From an uncultured Actinomycetes bacterium (GTDB taxonomy: Bacteria > Actinomycetota > Thermoleophilia > Gaiellales > JAICJC01), in assembly GCA_963708725.1 (NCBI GenBank), contig CAVPTL010000008.1:530988-594987 (forward strand): a stretch of 64,000 nucleotides of DNA. The letters are read 5' to 3'. A program made the position numbers and the translations under genes. The notes under the pieces are model-generated. The model searched no databases. It was not told the DNA's origin and saw only the letters and a list, made by a program, of their open reading frames with translations. Shown piece by piece: positions 1 through 9,231 of the stretch. How positions within the stretch are numbered: the first letter of the stretch is position 1; every line of letters begins with the position of its first letter.

Positions 1-107
1 TGCCGCTGGTCGCGACCGACGAGCAGCTCGACGAGGCGCTGGACATCCTGTCCCAGGCGATCGCGGTGGCCTGCGGCGCACCCGCGCTCGCGGCCGCCGG
101 GGACTAA
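1..107 (+). CDS. 3' end of a CDS that starts upstream of the window (34 aa visible: PLVATDEQLDEALDILSQAIAVACGAPALAAAGD)
   Basis: Open frame from the window edge (codons from nt 3) to TAA at 105-107. The tail resembles the C-terminal helix of class-III PLP aminotransferases but is too short for a firm call. Confidence 0.35.
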   Translation, partial: PLVATDEQLDEALDILSQAIAVACGAPALAAAGD

Positions 108-1315
108 GCCGCCACCGCGTCCTTGCTGCGGTCCTCGACGACCGCAGCGGGGCGCCGGGCGGCGCGCATCGTCGGTACCAGGATGCCGGCTGCCAGCACG
201 CAGCCGAGCGCGGCCAGGCCATAGGCACCGCGCACGCCGAGTACGTTGATGATCAGTCCCGCAAACGGGAACGACAGGGCAAATGCACACATCGCCGCCG
301 CCTCGGTGGCGGAGTTGACCCGGGCGCGTACAGCGTCGGGAGTGAATCGCTGGATGATCGTGAGCTCAGCCACGCTGACGGTTCCCTCCGAAAGGCCGGC
401 CACGATCATGCCGATCATCGCGACCTCGAAGATTGGTGCGCCGGCGACCACCGCGAAACCCAGGCCGATCAGCACACAGCCCCAGATCATCGTGGCGCTC
501 TCGTTTCTCCGCGCGGTGACCCGTCCCAGGAATGAGCCGACGATTGCACCACCGCCCCAGCACGAGGCGATGATGCCGTAGCCGGCCGCTCCCAGGCCGA
601 ACAGATGGGCGAGCGGAAGTTCGGCGACCAGGATCGGCCCAAGCAGGAAGAGCAGCACCATCCACGCTGCCGTCATTCCTCGCAGCACGGGCGAGTGCCA
701 CACGAACGTGAATCCGGCGCGCAGCTCTCCGTGTTCTCCCGCGTGAGCCACGCGGCCGCCGAAGTTCCCCGAGACCGACGCGACCATGCCGGCCGCCGTC
801 AGCGCTGCGACGGCCGAGATCGCGAACACTGCCGAGGCTCCCACCGCAGCGGCCAGCACGCCGCCACACAGTGGTCCGAGCAACGCGCCCACGTTTCGGC
901 CGACCGAGATCGTCGAGTTGGCCCACTCGAGCCGGTCGTCACTCACCAGATTGGGCACGCTGGCGCTCGACGCCGGCATGAACGGCGCCTGGGCGAGACT
1001 GCCGAGGGCCGCCAGTGCGACCAGCAGCACCGGCGCTCGCGTGAACACCATCCCGAGTGCAAACACGCTGGTCGCGAGTTCGGCCGTGATCATCACCAGA
1101 CGCCGGTCGTAGCGGTCGCCCAGAGCGCCCGCAACCGGCGCCACCAGTCCCGCGGTGGCGATCGTGAAAAACAGCGCGGCCGACATCCACACGGTCGAAT
1201 GCGTGCGGGCGTAGACGGCCACCATGAGGGCGATCCAACCGGCTTCCCAGCCGGTGACCGAGATCGCGCGGCCGACGGCGAGGCGGTGAATTGCGGTTGT
1301 TGGTGCGGTGGTCAC
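104..1315 (-). CDS. MFS transporter (12-TM type, EntS/YbdA-like)
   Basis: ORF 104..1495. The hydrophobic repeat pattern and motifs such as GALGDRYDRR are typical of MFS. The start is placed at GTG 1315 (VTTAPTTAIHRL...) because the upstream part of the ORF is Arg/Pro/Cys-rich noise. The exact start is uncertain. Confidence 0.8.
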   Translation of the reverse strand: MTTAPTTAIHRLAVGRAISVTGWEAGWIALMVAVYARTHSTVWMSAALFFTIATAGLVAPVAGALGDRYDRRLVMITAELATSVFALGMVFTRAPVLLVALAALGSLAQAPFMPASSASVPNLVSDDRLEWANSTISVGRNVGALLGPLCGGVLAAAVGASAVFAISAVAALTAAGMVASVSGNFGGRVAHAGEHGELRAGFTFVWHSPVLRGMTAAWMVLLFLLGPILVAELPLAHLFGLGAAGYGIIASCWGGGAIVGSFLGRVTARRNESATMIWGCVLIGLGFAVVAGAPIFEVAMIGMIVAGLSEGTVSVAELTIIQRFTPDAVRARVNSATEAAAMCAFALSFPFAGLIINVLGVRGAYGLAALGCVLAAGILVPTMRAARRPAAVVEDRSKDAVAA

Positions 1316-1488
1316 GAACGAGTCTCCAGACAAGCAGGACGGCGGGGGAGGTGCGGCGCGCAGCCGCGCGCCGTTCAACTGAGGAGATTCGATGTCACGT
1401 GCCGACTGTAGCACACACAGAAGGGGCTCAAGCACGGGCGTCCACGACCGATACAGGGGACAGACCCTCCTCATAGCACAAAGAACCA

Positions 1489-1917
1489 ATGGCAAGTTTT
1501 CAGATCAAACGGATCACACTCCCCAGCGGCAAAGTGGTCGAGATCGTGTATTTGGCCCCCGCTCCGCAGACAGTCATCGCCGGCACCGACACGGTCGAAA
1601 TGGACCATGTCGAATTCCCGCATGTGCGGCGGATCGAGCTCTGCCCCGCGTGTGGAGGAGACCGGGTACACCCGCTTGACTGGCACGAGGTCTCAGACAT
1701 GCGCTGGCAGCTGGTGGTGCGCTGTCCCGACTGTCGTTGGCGCACCAGTGATGTGTTCGAGCAGCCCGAGGTCGAGCGCTACGACGACGTGCTGGCGGCC
1801 GATACCGACCGGCTGATCGAGGTGCTCGACAGAGTTACCCGTGAGAACATGACCGAGCAGCTGGAACGGTTCCGGCGGGCTCTGGAGCACGACGCCATCG
1901 AACCGATGGACTTCTAG
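1489..1917 (+). CDS. hypothetical protein with a Cys4 zinc-ribbon (CPAC...CPDC)
   Basis: 142-aa ORF with an ATG start and two CxxC pairs. The C-terminus is acidic and helical. No family recognised. Confidence 0.55.
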   Translation: MASFQIKRITLPSGKVVEIVYLAPAPQTVIAGTDTVEMDHVEFPHVRRIELCPACGGDRVHPLDWHEVSDMRWQLVVRCPDCRWRTSDVFEQPEVERYDDVLAADTDRLIEVLDRVTRENMTEQLERFRRALEHDAIEPMDF

Positions 1918-2982
1918 CTAGTACGCGTACTGCTGGGCTTCGCGGTGGCGTTCCAGCGCGAGTTCGATCAGGCGGTCGAGCAGCTCCGCATAGGGGATCC
2001 CCGACGCTTCGAACAGCTGGGCATAGACGCTGGTCGAGGTGAATCCCGGGATGGTGTTGATCTCGTTCAAGATCACGCGATCATCGGGGGTGACAAAGAA
2101 ATCGATGCGCGCCATGCCCGCGCATTCACACCGGGCGAATGCGACCCTGGCCGTGCGCTGTAGCTCGTTGGTCACCTCGGGGGTCAGCTCGGCCGGCACG
2201 ATCAGATCCATCCCACCCGGCAGATACTTGGCATCGAAGTCATACCAATCGGCGGTGATCGTGATCTCACCCGGCAGGCTCACGACCGGCTCGGCGTTGC
2301 CCAGAACGCCGCACTCCACTTCGCGGCCGACGATCATCTGCTCGACCAGCACCTTCGAGTCGTGCCGAAACGCGAGTTCGAGCGCCGGAGCGAGCTCTTC
2401 GATCGTGTTGATCTTCGAGATCCCAACGCTCGACCCCAACCGTGCGGGCTTGACGAAGCACGGTGGTGCGATCCCGGCGGCGGCCAGTTCGGCCTCGTGG
2501 TCGACGACGACACGCGCCCGGAAGGTGACGCTGGGGGCGGTCTCGATGCCGACACTCGCCAGCAGGGGCTTGACCATGTCCTTGTCCATCGTCACCGCGG
2601 ATCCGGTGACGCCCGAACCGACGTATGGCAGGCCGACCATCTCAAGCATCCCCTGGACGGTGCCGTCCTCGCCGAATGGGCCGTGCAGGATCGGCAGAAC
2701 CACGTCGATCGGCTCGATCGTGCGGGCCTGGGTCAGCGAACCGCCGGCGCGCGGGATGACGGAGCTGGTCTCGCCCGGCGCCAGCGCGAGCGATTCGCCG
2801 GGCTCGTCGGGCGGGGACTCGAGCTGCCATGTGCCCGTGCGATCGATCTCGATTTCGACGACGTCATAGCGCGCGGGGTCGAGGGCGGCGATCACCGACT
2901 TGCCCGACTCGACCGAGATGTCATGCTCCGAGCTGCGGCCCCCGTAGAGCACCGCGACCCGAATTCGAGATCCCGAACTCAT
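1918..2982 (-). CDS. ddl: D-alanine--D-alanine ligase
   Basis: MSSGSRIRVAVLYGGRSSEHDISVESGKSV... through ...INTIPGFTSTSVYAQLF, classic Ddl ATP-grasp motifs. The ATG at 2980-2982 overlaps the pknB stop (ATGA). The rest of the 659-aa track ORF is an antisense shadow of pknB. Confidence 0.95.
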   Translation of the reverse strand: MSSGSRIRVAVLYGGRSSEHDISVESGKSVIAALDPARYDVVEIEIDRTGTWQLESPPDEPGESLALAPGETSSVIPRAGGSLTQARTIEPIDVVLPILHGPFGEDGTVQGMLEMVGLPYVGSGVTGSAVTMDKDMVKPLLASVGIETAPSVTFRARVVVDHEAELAAAGIAPPCFVKPARLGSSVGISKINTIEELAPALELAFRHDSKVLVEQMIVGREVECGVLGNAEPVVSLPGEITITADWYDFDAKYLPGGMDLIVPAELTPEVTNELQRTARVAFARCECAGMARIDFFVTPDDRVILNEINTIPGFTSTSVYAQLFEASGIPYAELLDRLIELALERHREAQQYAY

Positions 2983-4856
2983 GTCACCGGTGGGACGGGG
3001 CAGGTGCCGCTCTGGTTGTAGTGGGCCACCCTGATATGAACGGTCGAACCCTGCTGGGCCTGTTGCCCGGAGCTGGGATCCTGGCCCGTGACCGTGCCGT
3101 CCTGGGACTGATTGCAGGTGTTGGAGTTGATGACCCCGACCTTGAAGCCGTTGTTGGTGATGGCTGTGCTGGCATCGGTCTCGGTGAGTCCGAGCACCGC
3201 AGGCACAACCCCGTTGCCCGGGCCGTCGGACACGGTGATCGTGACCGAGGTGCCCTGCGACACGAGGCTGTCCTGTGACGGGGATGTGCCGATGACCTCG
3301 TTCACCGGCACGTCGGTGCTGTTGGTGCGCGTACACGAGCCGTTGAGCTTCTGTGACTTGAGTCGTTGCTTGGCCTGATTGCAGTTGAGACCAGCGACTG
3401 CCGGGACGGTGACGTTGCCAGAGGCGACGGTGATCGTGATCGGCTTGTCGAGGTCGACGACGCTGCCTCGCTTCGGCGTCGTCGACACCACGTCGCCGCC
3501 CGGCTGGGCCGGCGTGTCGGGTTGATTCGGGTTGATCGTGACGTGTGTGAATCCGGCCCCGGTGAGCTCGGCGGTCGCGTCGGCTGCGGACTTGCCAGTG
3601 ACGTCGGGTACCGCTTTTGCGCCCGGTCCGGCGCTGATCGAGAGCGTCACGACCGAGTTCTTGTCGACACTCGATCCCTGGTCGGGGTCGACCTTGAATA
3701 CCGTGCCCAGCTTGGCGTTCGAAGTGGCATCGACGCACTTGCCGACCAGTCCGGCCTGACGGAGGCTGGCCTGGGCGGCGAGGCACGTGTGCGTCTTGAG
3801 GTTGCTGGGGACGGTCACCTGATCGCCGCGCAGCTGCTGATACACGACCAGCCCGATACCGGCGGCGACCACCAGGAACAGCACAACCAAGAGCCACGGC
3901 AAAAGGCTCCGCTTGGGACCAGCGGGGGCGCTGGGAGGCGCCGGCGGCAACACGGCGGTTGCGGCGGCCTGCTGGGCCGAGATCACCTGGGTCGCCTGCT
4001 GGGTATCGGCCGAAACGGCGCCACCGCGGGAAACGCGCCGCAGCTCGTCGGCCATCGCGCGGGCCGAGGAATGCCGCAGCGCGGGGTCCTTCGCGAGGGC
4101 GCGCATCACGACCTGCTCGAGCTCGGGCGACACCAGCCGGTTCTTGCTTCGCAGCGACGGTGGCTGATCCGACACCTGCTTCATGGCGATGTCGACCGCC
4201 CCGTCGCCGGTGAAGGGCAGCTCTCCCGTGAGCATCTCGAACAGCACGATGCCCATCGAGTACAGGTCCGACTGTGGCCCGACGGCCTGGCCTCGGGCCT
4301 GCTCGGGGGACAGGTACTGCGCAGTACCGACGATCGAGCCGACCTCGGTCATCTCCTGGGTGTTCTGGGCGCGGGCGATCCCGAAATCGGTGACCTTCAG
4401 CCGGTTGTCATCGGTCAGCACCATGTTGTGGGGCTTCACGTCGCGGTGGATCACCCCGCGGCGATGTGCGAAGTCGAGCGCGTCCAGCGCCTGCGTCGCC
4501 CAGCCGATCGCCTCAGCCTCCGGCAGCGGGGCGCGCTGCGTGATCTCCTGCTTCAGCGTCGGGCCGTCGAGGAACTCCATCGCGATGTAGTAGGTGCCCT
4601 CAGCCTCACCGCGGTCGTACACCGCGACGATGTTGGGATGGTTCAGACCAGCCGCCGCCGAGGCCTCACGCCGGAACCGCTCGACAAAACCGTCGTCGCG
4701 CGCAAAGCGGTCGGAGAGGATTTTGATCGCAACCTGGCGGCCGAGCAGCTCGTCGGTGGCCAGGTAGACGTCGGCCATCCCGCCCGAGCCCAGGCGCCGC
4801 CCCAACCGGTACCGGTTGTCGAAGAGATTCCCGTTGTCTGGAGGAGTGTCGTCCAC
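2979..4856 (-). CDS. pknB: Ser/Thr protein kinase with one TM helix and four extracellular PASTA repeats (PknB type)
   Basis: Hanks kinase motifs (LGSGGMADVY, HRDVKPHN, DFGIA, SPEQ), a TM segment (LLPWLLVVLFLVVAAGIGLVVY), then four ~65-aa PASTA-like repeats. GTG start. Confidence 0.95.
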   Translation of the reverse strand: MDDTPPDNGNLFDNRYRLGRRLGSGGMADVYLATDELLGRQVAIKILSDRFARDDGFVERFRREASAAAGLNHPNIVAVYDRGEAEGTYYIAMEFLDGPTLKQEITQRAPLPEAEAIGWATQALDALDFAHRRGVIHRDVKPHNMVLTDDNRLKVTDFGIARAQNTQEMTEVGSIVGTAQYLSPEQARGQAVGPQSDLYSMGIVLFEMLTGELPFTGDGAVDIAMKQVSDQPPSLRSKNRLVSPELEQVVMRALAKDPALRHSSARAMADELRRVSRGGAVSADTQQATQVISAQQAAATAVLPPAPPSAPAGPKRSLLPWLLVVLFLVVAAGIGLVVYQQLRGDQVTVPSNLKTHTCLAAQASLRQAGLVGKCVDATSNAKLGTVFKVDPDQGSSVDKNSVVTLSISAGPGAKAVPDVTGKSAADATAELTGAGFTHVTINPNQPDTPAQPGGDVVSTTPKRGSVVDLDKPITITVASGNVTVPAVAGLNCNQAKQRLKSQKLNGSCTRTNSTDVPVNEVIGTSPSQDSLVSQGTSVTITVSDGPGNGVVPAVLGLTETDASTAITNNGFKVGVINSNTCNQSQDGTVTGQDPSSGQQAQQGSTVHIRVAHYNQSGTCPVPPVT

Positions 4857-4866
4857 TGGAGAATGC

Positions 4867-6339
4867 CTACTGTGCCACGTTTGGCCCGAGGTAGGCCCTG
4901 ATCACGTCTGCTGCGATCGGTGCTGCGACCTGCCCGCCGAACTCGGTCGTGCGATCGATCACGACCGCGACGGCGATCTTTGGTGTGTCCCCGGGGGCTC
5001 CCGGAGCGAACGCGATGAACCATGAGGTGTAGATACTGGAACCCGGGGGCCCGATCTCGGCTGTCCCGGTCTTGCCCGCGACCGGCAGGTTGCCGATCTG
5101 GGCCTCGGTGCCGGTGCCCTCGTCGACGACCTTTTGCATCATGCCGGTCATTTCCTGTGCTGTTTGGTTCGACATCACCCGCTGGATCGCCTGCGGATGG
5201 TGTTGGTAGACGGTTGAACCTCCCGGCGTCACCGCCTTGTCGACGAGCGACGGCTGCATGCGCACACCGCCGTTTGCGATGGTCGCAGCCACCTCCGCCA
5301 TTTGCAGGGGCGTGACCGCCAGGTTGCCCTGCCCGATGGCAGTGCGGGCGACGTCGATCGGTGCCGATTGTGAGATCTGGTGGCCGTTGCGGTAGAGCCC
5401 GGACGGCACGACCTCGTCGCCGGGCAGATCGATCGTGGGATCGGTGAAGAACCCGAACTCGCTCATCGCGTTTCGCAGTCTCTGCGAGCCGATCTTCTGC
5501 CCGACCTGGGCGAACACGGTGTTGACCGATTGGGTCAGGGCGTAGCTCAGGTCGATCGGCGGGAACGACTCGAGCCCGGCGTTGCAGAGCTGGACGAACA
5601 CCTTGATGCAGGCCGGTGCCGGGGTCAGCGGTGATGTGGGCGTGTACAGGTGGCTTTTGAGCGCGGCGGTCGAGGTCACCGTCTTGAAGGTCGATCCCGG
5701 CGTGTACAGGCCCTGAGTGGTGCGGTTCAAGAGCGGTGCGCCCGAGTTCGGCCGGGTGAGCTTGGCGTAGTTTGCGACGACCCGGTTGGGGTTGAAGGTC
5801 GGCGTCGAGGCCATTGCGATCACCCGCCCGGTCGACGGCTGGATTGCGACCACCGCGCCGTGCATCTGGCCAAGGCCGTCCATCGCGGCTCGCTGGGCCG
5901 GTAGTGACAGGCTGGTGATCACGTTGTCGCCGGTGATCGTGCGCCCCCGCAACGAATCGCCGAGGTTTTGGAGCTGAGTCGAGAGGTTCGCGTTCGACGA
6001 TGTCAGGAAGTCGTTGTAGGAGAGCTCGAGCCCCGTCCGTCCCTGATTGACGGAGTTGTACCCCACGGCCTGGGCGAACAGTCCGCGGAAGGGATACTTG
6101 CGGGTGTAAATCGTCTGGCCGTCCTGTTTGGATTGGCGGTTCTCGGCCAGCACAGTGCGGCCGTTGCCGGCAAAGATCAATCCCCGCTTGATCTGAAGCT
6201 GGCGATACACCAGACGGGCGTTGTCCTGGCGCACTGCGAGCGAGTCCGCGGCCCAGATCTGCCAGTAGGCGGTGAACGAGATCAAGACCGCAAAGCCGAT
6301 GGCGCACAGGCGAAAGAGGTTGTTGATCTGGTGGTTCAC
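4867..6339 (-). CDS. pbpA: penicillin-binding protein A / peptidoglycan D,D-transpeptidase (class B, PbpA type)
   Basis: N-terminal TM anchor and transpeptidase motifs (STFK, SVN, KTGTAE). The GTG start overlaps the rodA stop (GTGA). Confidence 0.9.
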   Translation of the reverse strand: MNHQINNLFRLCAIGFAVLISFTAYWQIWAADSLAVRQDNARLVYRQLQIKRGLIFAGNGRTVLAENRQSKQDGQTIYTRKYPFRGLFAQAVGYNSVNQGRTGLELSYNDFLTSSNANLSTQLQNLGDSLRGRTITGDNVITSLSLPAQRAAMDGLGQMHGAVVAIQPSTGRVIAMASTPTFNPNRVVANYAKLTRPNSGAPLLNRTTQGLYTPGSTFKTVTSTAALKSHLYTPTSPLTPAPACIKVFVQLCNAGLESFPPIDLSYALTQSVNTVFAQVGQKIGSQRLRNAMSEFGFFTDPTIDLPGDEVVPSGLYRNGHQISQSAPIDVARTAIGQGNLAVTPLQMAEVAATIANGGVRMQPSLVDKAVTPGGSTVYQHHPQAIQRVMSNQTAQEMTGMMQKVVDEGTGTEAQIGNLPVAGKTGTAEIGPPGSSIYTSWFIAFAPGAPGDTPKIAVAVVIDRTTEFGGQVAAPIAADVIRAYLGPNVAQ

Positions 6340-7637
6340 CGGCGGTCTCGGGTGGTGCGGTTGGAGATCATTAAGAGCAGCGCGAGCAGGAGGAAGTTCG
6401 AGACGATCGAGGAACCGCCGTAGCTCACGAATGGCAGGGTGATGCCGGTCAGCGGAACCAGCCGGGTGACGCCGCCCACGATCAGGAATGCCTGGAGGGA
6501 GAAGGCGAATGTGAGCCCGGCGGCCAGCAGGGTCGAGAACCCGTCAGGGGCGAGCGTCGCGATCTTGAAGCCGCGGTAGGCAAACAGCAGGTACACCAGC
6601 AACAGCCCCGCGGCTCCGGCCAACCCGGCCTCGTCGGCCCACACGGCGTAGATGCCATCGGTCTGGGCGGCTGGGATGATCGGGTGCGGCGGCGACCCCA
6701 CCAGCTGAAAGCTCTTGCCCAGGCCGGTGCCGAACACTCCGCCGTCGGCGATGGCCTCGATCGACTGCACGATCTGATACCCGCTGGTGTGGGCGGTCGC
6801 CCAGGGGTCGATCCAGATCTGGAATCGCTCGTGGACGTGGGCGATGTTCTGGTAGATGAACCACGATCCGGCCGCGAACAGCCCCAGGCCGACGACCGTG
6901 TAGGCGTGGCGCCCGGTGGCCACGTACAGCATCGCCAGAAACACTCCGAACAGAAGCAGGGCGGTGCCGAGGTCGTTCATCACGGCCACCACGCTCAGGG
7001 CGAGCCCGGTCATCAAGAGCAACGGGCCGAAGTGCTTCATGGCGGGGATGCCGATGCCCAGCACGCGGCGGTGGGCGAAGGTCAGAACCTCCCGTTTCTC
7101 GCGAAGGTACCCGGCCAGGAATATCACCAGCAGCAGCTTGGCGAACTCACCCGGCTGCACCTGCACGCCGCCGAATCGCAGCCACAGCTTGGCGCCGTTC
7201 ACGGTCGTGCCGGCGACCATCGTGATCACCAGGAGCAGCACCGCCGTCGCGGCCAGTGTGTACTTGTAGTTCTCGAGCTTCCGGTGGTCGCGAAGCACAA
7301 AGATCAAGCCGGCAAACCCCACCAGCCCGACCACGATCCAGACCGACTGGTCGCGTGCGAGCACCGGGTCGAGCCGGTAGATCTCGATCAACCCGATGGC
7401 CGTCATGAGTGCCGCCAGCGGCAGCAGCCAGGGGTCGGCCAGCGGCAGGCCGGCGCGCACCACCAGGTGTGCGATCACGAACAGGCCGAGGAACAGCCCG
7501 GCGTACACCAGCGAGGTGGATCGGATGTCCTGCTGGCGGGCGGTGTAGACAGCGAGGAAGCCCACCGCTGTCAGCAGGCCGACCCAGCCCAGGTTGACCA
7601 GTTCTCGCATCCGGGGGGTTCGCATGGCGCGGATCAT
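6336..7637 (-). CDS. rodA: FtsW/RodA/SpoVE-family peptidoglycan polymerase (RodA)
   Basis: Polytopic SEDS protein (…TDGIYAVWADEAGLAGAAGLL…PLTGITLPFVSYGGSS…). Start taken at ATG 7635-7637 (MIRAMRTPRM), which overlaps the pstP stop (ATGA). The longer 554-aa track ORF is an Arg-rich extension. Confidence 0.9.
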   Translation of the reverse strand: MIRAMRTPRMRELVNLGWVGLLTAVGFLAVYTARQQDIRSTSLVYAGLFLGLFVIAHLVVRAGLPLADPWLLPLAALMTAIGLIEIYRLDPVLARDQSVWIVVGLVGFAGLIFVLRDHRKLENYKYTLAATAVLLLVITMVAGTTVNGAKLWLRFGGVQVQPGEFAKLLLVIFLAGYLREKREVLTFAHRRVLGIGIPAMKHFGPLLLMTGLALSVVAVMNDLGTALLLFGVFLAMLYVATGRHAYTVVGLGLFAAGSWFIYQNIAHVHERFQIWIDPWATAHTSGYQIVQSIEAIADGGVFGTGLGKSFQLVGSPPHPIIPAAQTDGIYAVWADEAGLAGAAGLLLVYLLFAYRGFKIATLAPDGFSTLLAAGLTFAFSLQAFLIVGGVTRLVPLTGITLPFVSYGGSSIVSNFLLLALLLMISNRTTRDRR

Positions 7638-8773
7638 CAGGGCAGTTCCAACGGCTGTATCGCCTCGCGGGCGCTTGACTGGGAGCGCAGCCGGTGATTG
7701 AACAGACGCTGCCGCTCGGCCGCGCTCAGAGAGCGGTACGGCACATCGGAGAGAAAGGTTTCGTGGTACAGGCGGACTCCCAGCGGTAGATCCACCGGGA
7801 CGCCCTGGTACACCGCCACCTGGCCGGTGCGCTCGTCGGCGCCGACGAAGTGGCTCCAGCGCAGCCCCGCGATGGCACCAACCACGGCCACCGCGATCAC
7901 CGCCAGGGCGGCCAGCCCGCCGAACACGAGCCGCAGGGTGTGTCGCCCTTCGCCTCGGTCTCCACCGCTGCCGGAGTCGCCCGACGCACCTCCCAGCCAC
8001 AGCTCCGGTGGAAGCACGTGCTCGCCGGGAGTCTGTTCGTCGTCCTCGACATCGGCCAGGTCGTCGATCCGGAAGATCACCACCGTAACGTTGTCCTCAC
8101 CACCGGCCGCGAGGGCGGCGCGCACCAGCTCGGAGGCCGCCTCGGCGGCGCCGGCGTGCTCGTACAGCAGCCGGCCGATGGTCGCCTCGTCCACCATGGT
8201 GGTCAGTCCGTCGCTGCACAGCAGCACCACGTCACCGGGCTGAGAGTCGACCGTGAAGGTATCCACGCGCACGTCGGCCTCTGCCCCAAGCGCGCGGGTG
8301 ATCACGCTTCGCTGGGGGTGCTGTTCGGCTTCGGCTTCGGTCAGCTCGCCCTGGCGCACCAGCTCTCCCACCAGTGAGTGATCCTCGGTGAGCCGTTGCA
8401 ACTCGCCGTCGCGAAGCAGGTATGCCCGGCTGTCGCCGACGTGCGCAAATGCGACCCGGCCATCGTCGCCGACGAGCGCGGCGGCCACAGTTGTGCCCAT
8501 GCCGGCCACGGTGCTGTCGCTGCTTGCCCGCTGGTGGATCTTGGCGTTGGCCGCCACGATCACATCACGTAGCGTGTCCTCGCCGCGAGCGGGCACAAGC
8601 CGGGCCTGGGCGAACTCCTCGGTTGTCATCCGCGATGCGATCTCGCCTGCCTGGGCGCCGCCCATACCGTCGGCCACCATGAACAGCGGCTCTCGGATCA
8701 GGTAGGAGTCCTCGTTCAGGCGCCGGACGTTTCCGGTCTGAGTGGCGCCGGCGCGGTCGGCAACGCGTTTCAT
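7637..8773 (-). CDS. pstP: PP2C-family Ser/Thr phosphatase with C-terminal TM segment (PstP type)
   Basis: PP2C motifs (NEDSYL, VADGMGG, LLCSDGL, GGEDNVT). The ATG overlaps the fhaB stop (ATGA). Confidence 0.9.
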   Translation of the reverse strand: MKRVADRAGATQTGNVRRLNEDSYLIREPLFMVADGMGGAQAGEIASRMTTEEFAQARLVPARGEDTLRDVIVAANAKIHQRASSDSTVAGMGTTVAAALVGDDGRVAFAHVGDSRAYLLRDGELQRLTEDHSLVGELVRQGELTEAEAEQHPQRSVITRALGAEADVRVDTFTVDSQPGDVVLLCSDGLTTMVDEATIGRLLYEHAGAAEAASELVRAALAAGGEDNVTVVIFRIDDLADVEDDEQTPGEHVLPPELWLGGASGDSGSGGDRGEGRHTLRLVFGGLAALAVIAVAVVGAIAGLRWSHFVGADERTGQVAVYQGVPVDLPLGVRLYHETFLSDVPYRSLSAAERQRLFNHRLRSQSSAREAIQPLELP

Positions 8774-9231
8774 GCGCCACTCTCGTAGGTGAACTGGGTC
8801 TGGCCGATGGTGATGGTGTCACCGGCTGCCAGGGTGTGGGTTCCGTTCAGGCGCTGGCCGTTGACGAAGGTGCCATTGGTGGAGTGCAGATCCTCGATGA
8901 TGTCCATATCCCGGCCGCGAATGAACCGGCAGTGGCGAGTCGAGGCATACCCGTCGGCCTGGAGTGTGATGTCGAGCGCCGGTTCCCGCCCAGCGACCAG
9001 CTCGTGGGCGATCGGGATCCGCGAACCGACTTCGAGCTCGGGGCTGCGGCTCACCACCAGTCGGCCGACCGCGCGCTCCGCTACGGGCTTGGCCGGACGG
9101 GTGGGAGTGAGGATCACGCTCTCCTGCCCGGCTTCCATGTCGCGGGACGCCACCCTGATGACGCGCCAAATGAACAGGTAGAGCAGCACCACGAACCCGA
9201 TCTTGAGTGCAAGCAGGAGCTGTTCAACCAA
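8770..9231 (-). CDS. fhaB: FHA-domain membrane protein (FhaB/FipA type)
   Basis: N-terminal TM helix plus a C-terminal FHA domain (…STRHCRF…EDLHSTNGTFVNGQRL…). Synteny with fhaA and pstP. Confidence 0.85.
   Translation of the reverse strand: MVEQLLLALKIGFVVLLYLFIWRVIRVASRDMEAGQESVILTPTRPAKPVAERAVGRLVVSRSPELEVGSRIPIAHELVAGREPALDITLQADGYASTRHCRFIRGRDMDIIEDLHSTNGTFVNGQRLNGTHTLAAGDTITIGQTQFTYESGA

Noticed and set aside
1914-1931. Palindromes CTAGCTAG and AGTACGCGTACT at the back-to-back stop codons of the zinc-ribbon gene and ddl.
   Set aside because: They are very short (8 and 12 nt) and lie largely inside the ddl coding sequence (…QQYAY stop). They are too small to fold as a terminator, so they are likely coincidental. 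They are noted only because there is no intergenic space here.
2983-3897. N-terminal 305 codons of the 659-aa track ORF 1918..3897, which would make a giant Ddl.
   Set aside because: The sequence upstream of MSSGSRIRV is Arg/Gly/Pro/His-rich low-complexity and lies antisense to the well-supported PASTA region of pknB. The Ddl homology starts exactly at ATG 2982, which forms an ATGA overlap with the pknB stop.
3366-6307. Long ORFs 3366..4901 (+, 511 aa) and 4643..6307 (-, 554 aa) overlapping pknB and pbpA.
   Set aside because: These are typical high-GC shadow ORFs, with Arg/Gly/Pro/Asp-rich composition and no recognisable motifs. They are fully contained in genes with strong family signatures in another frame.
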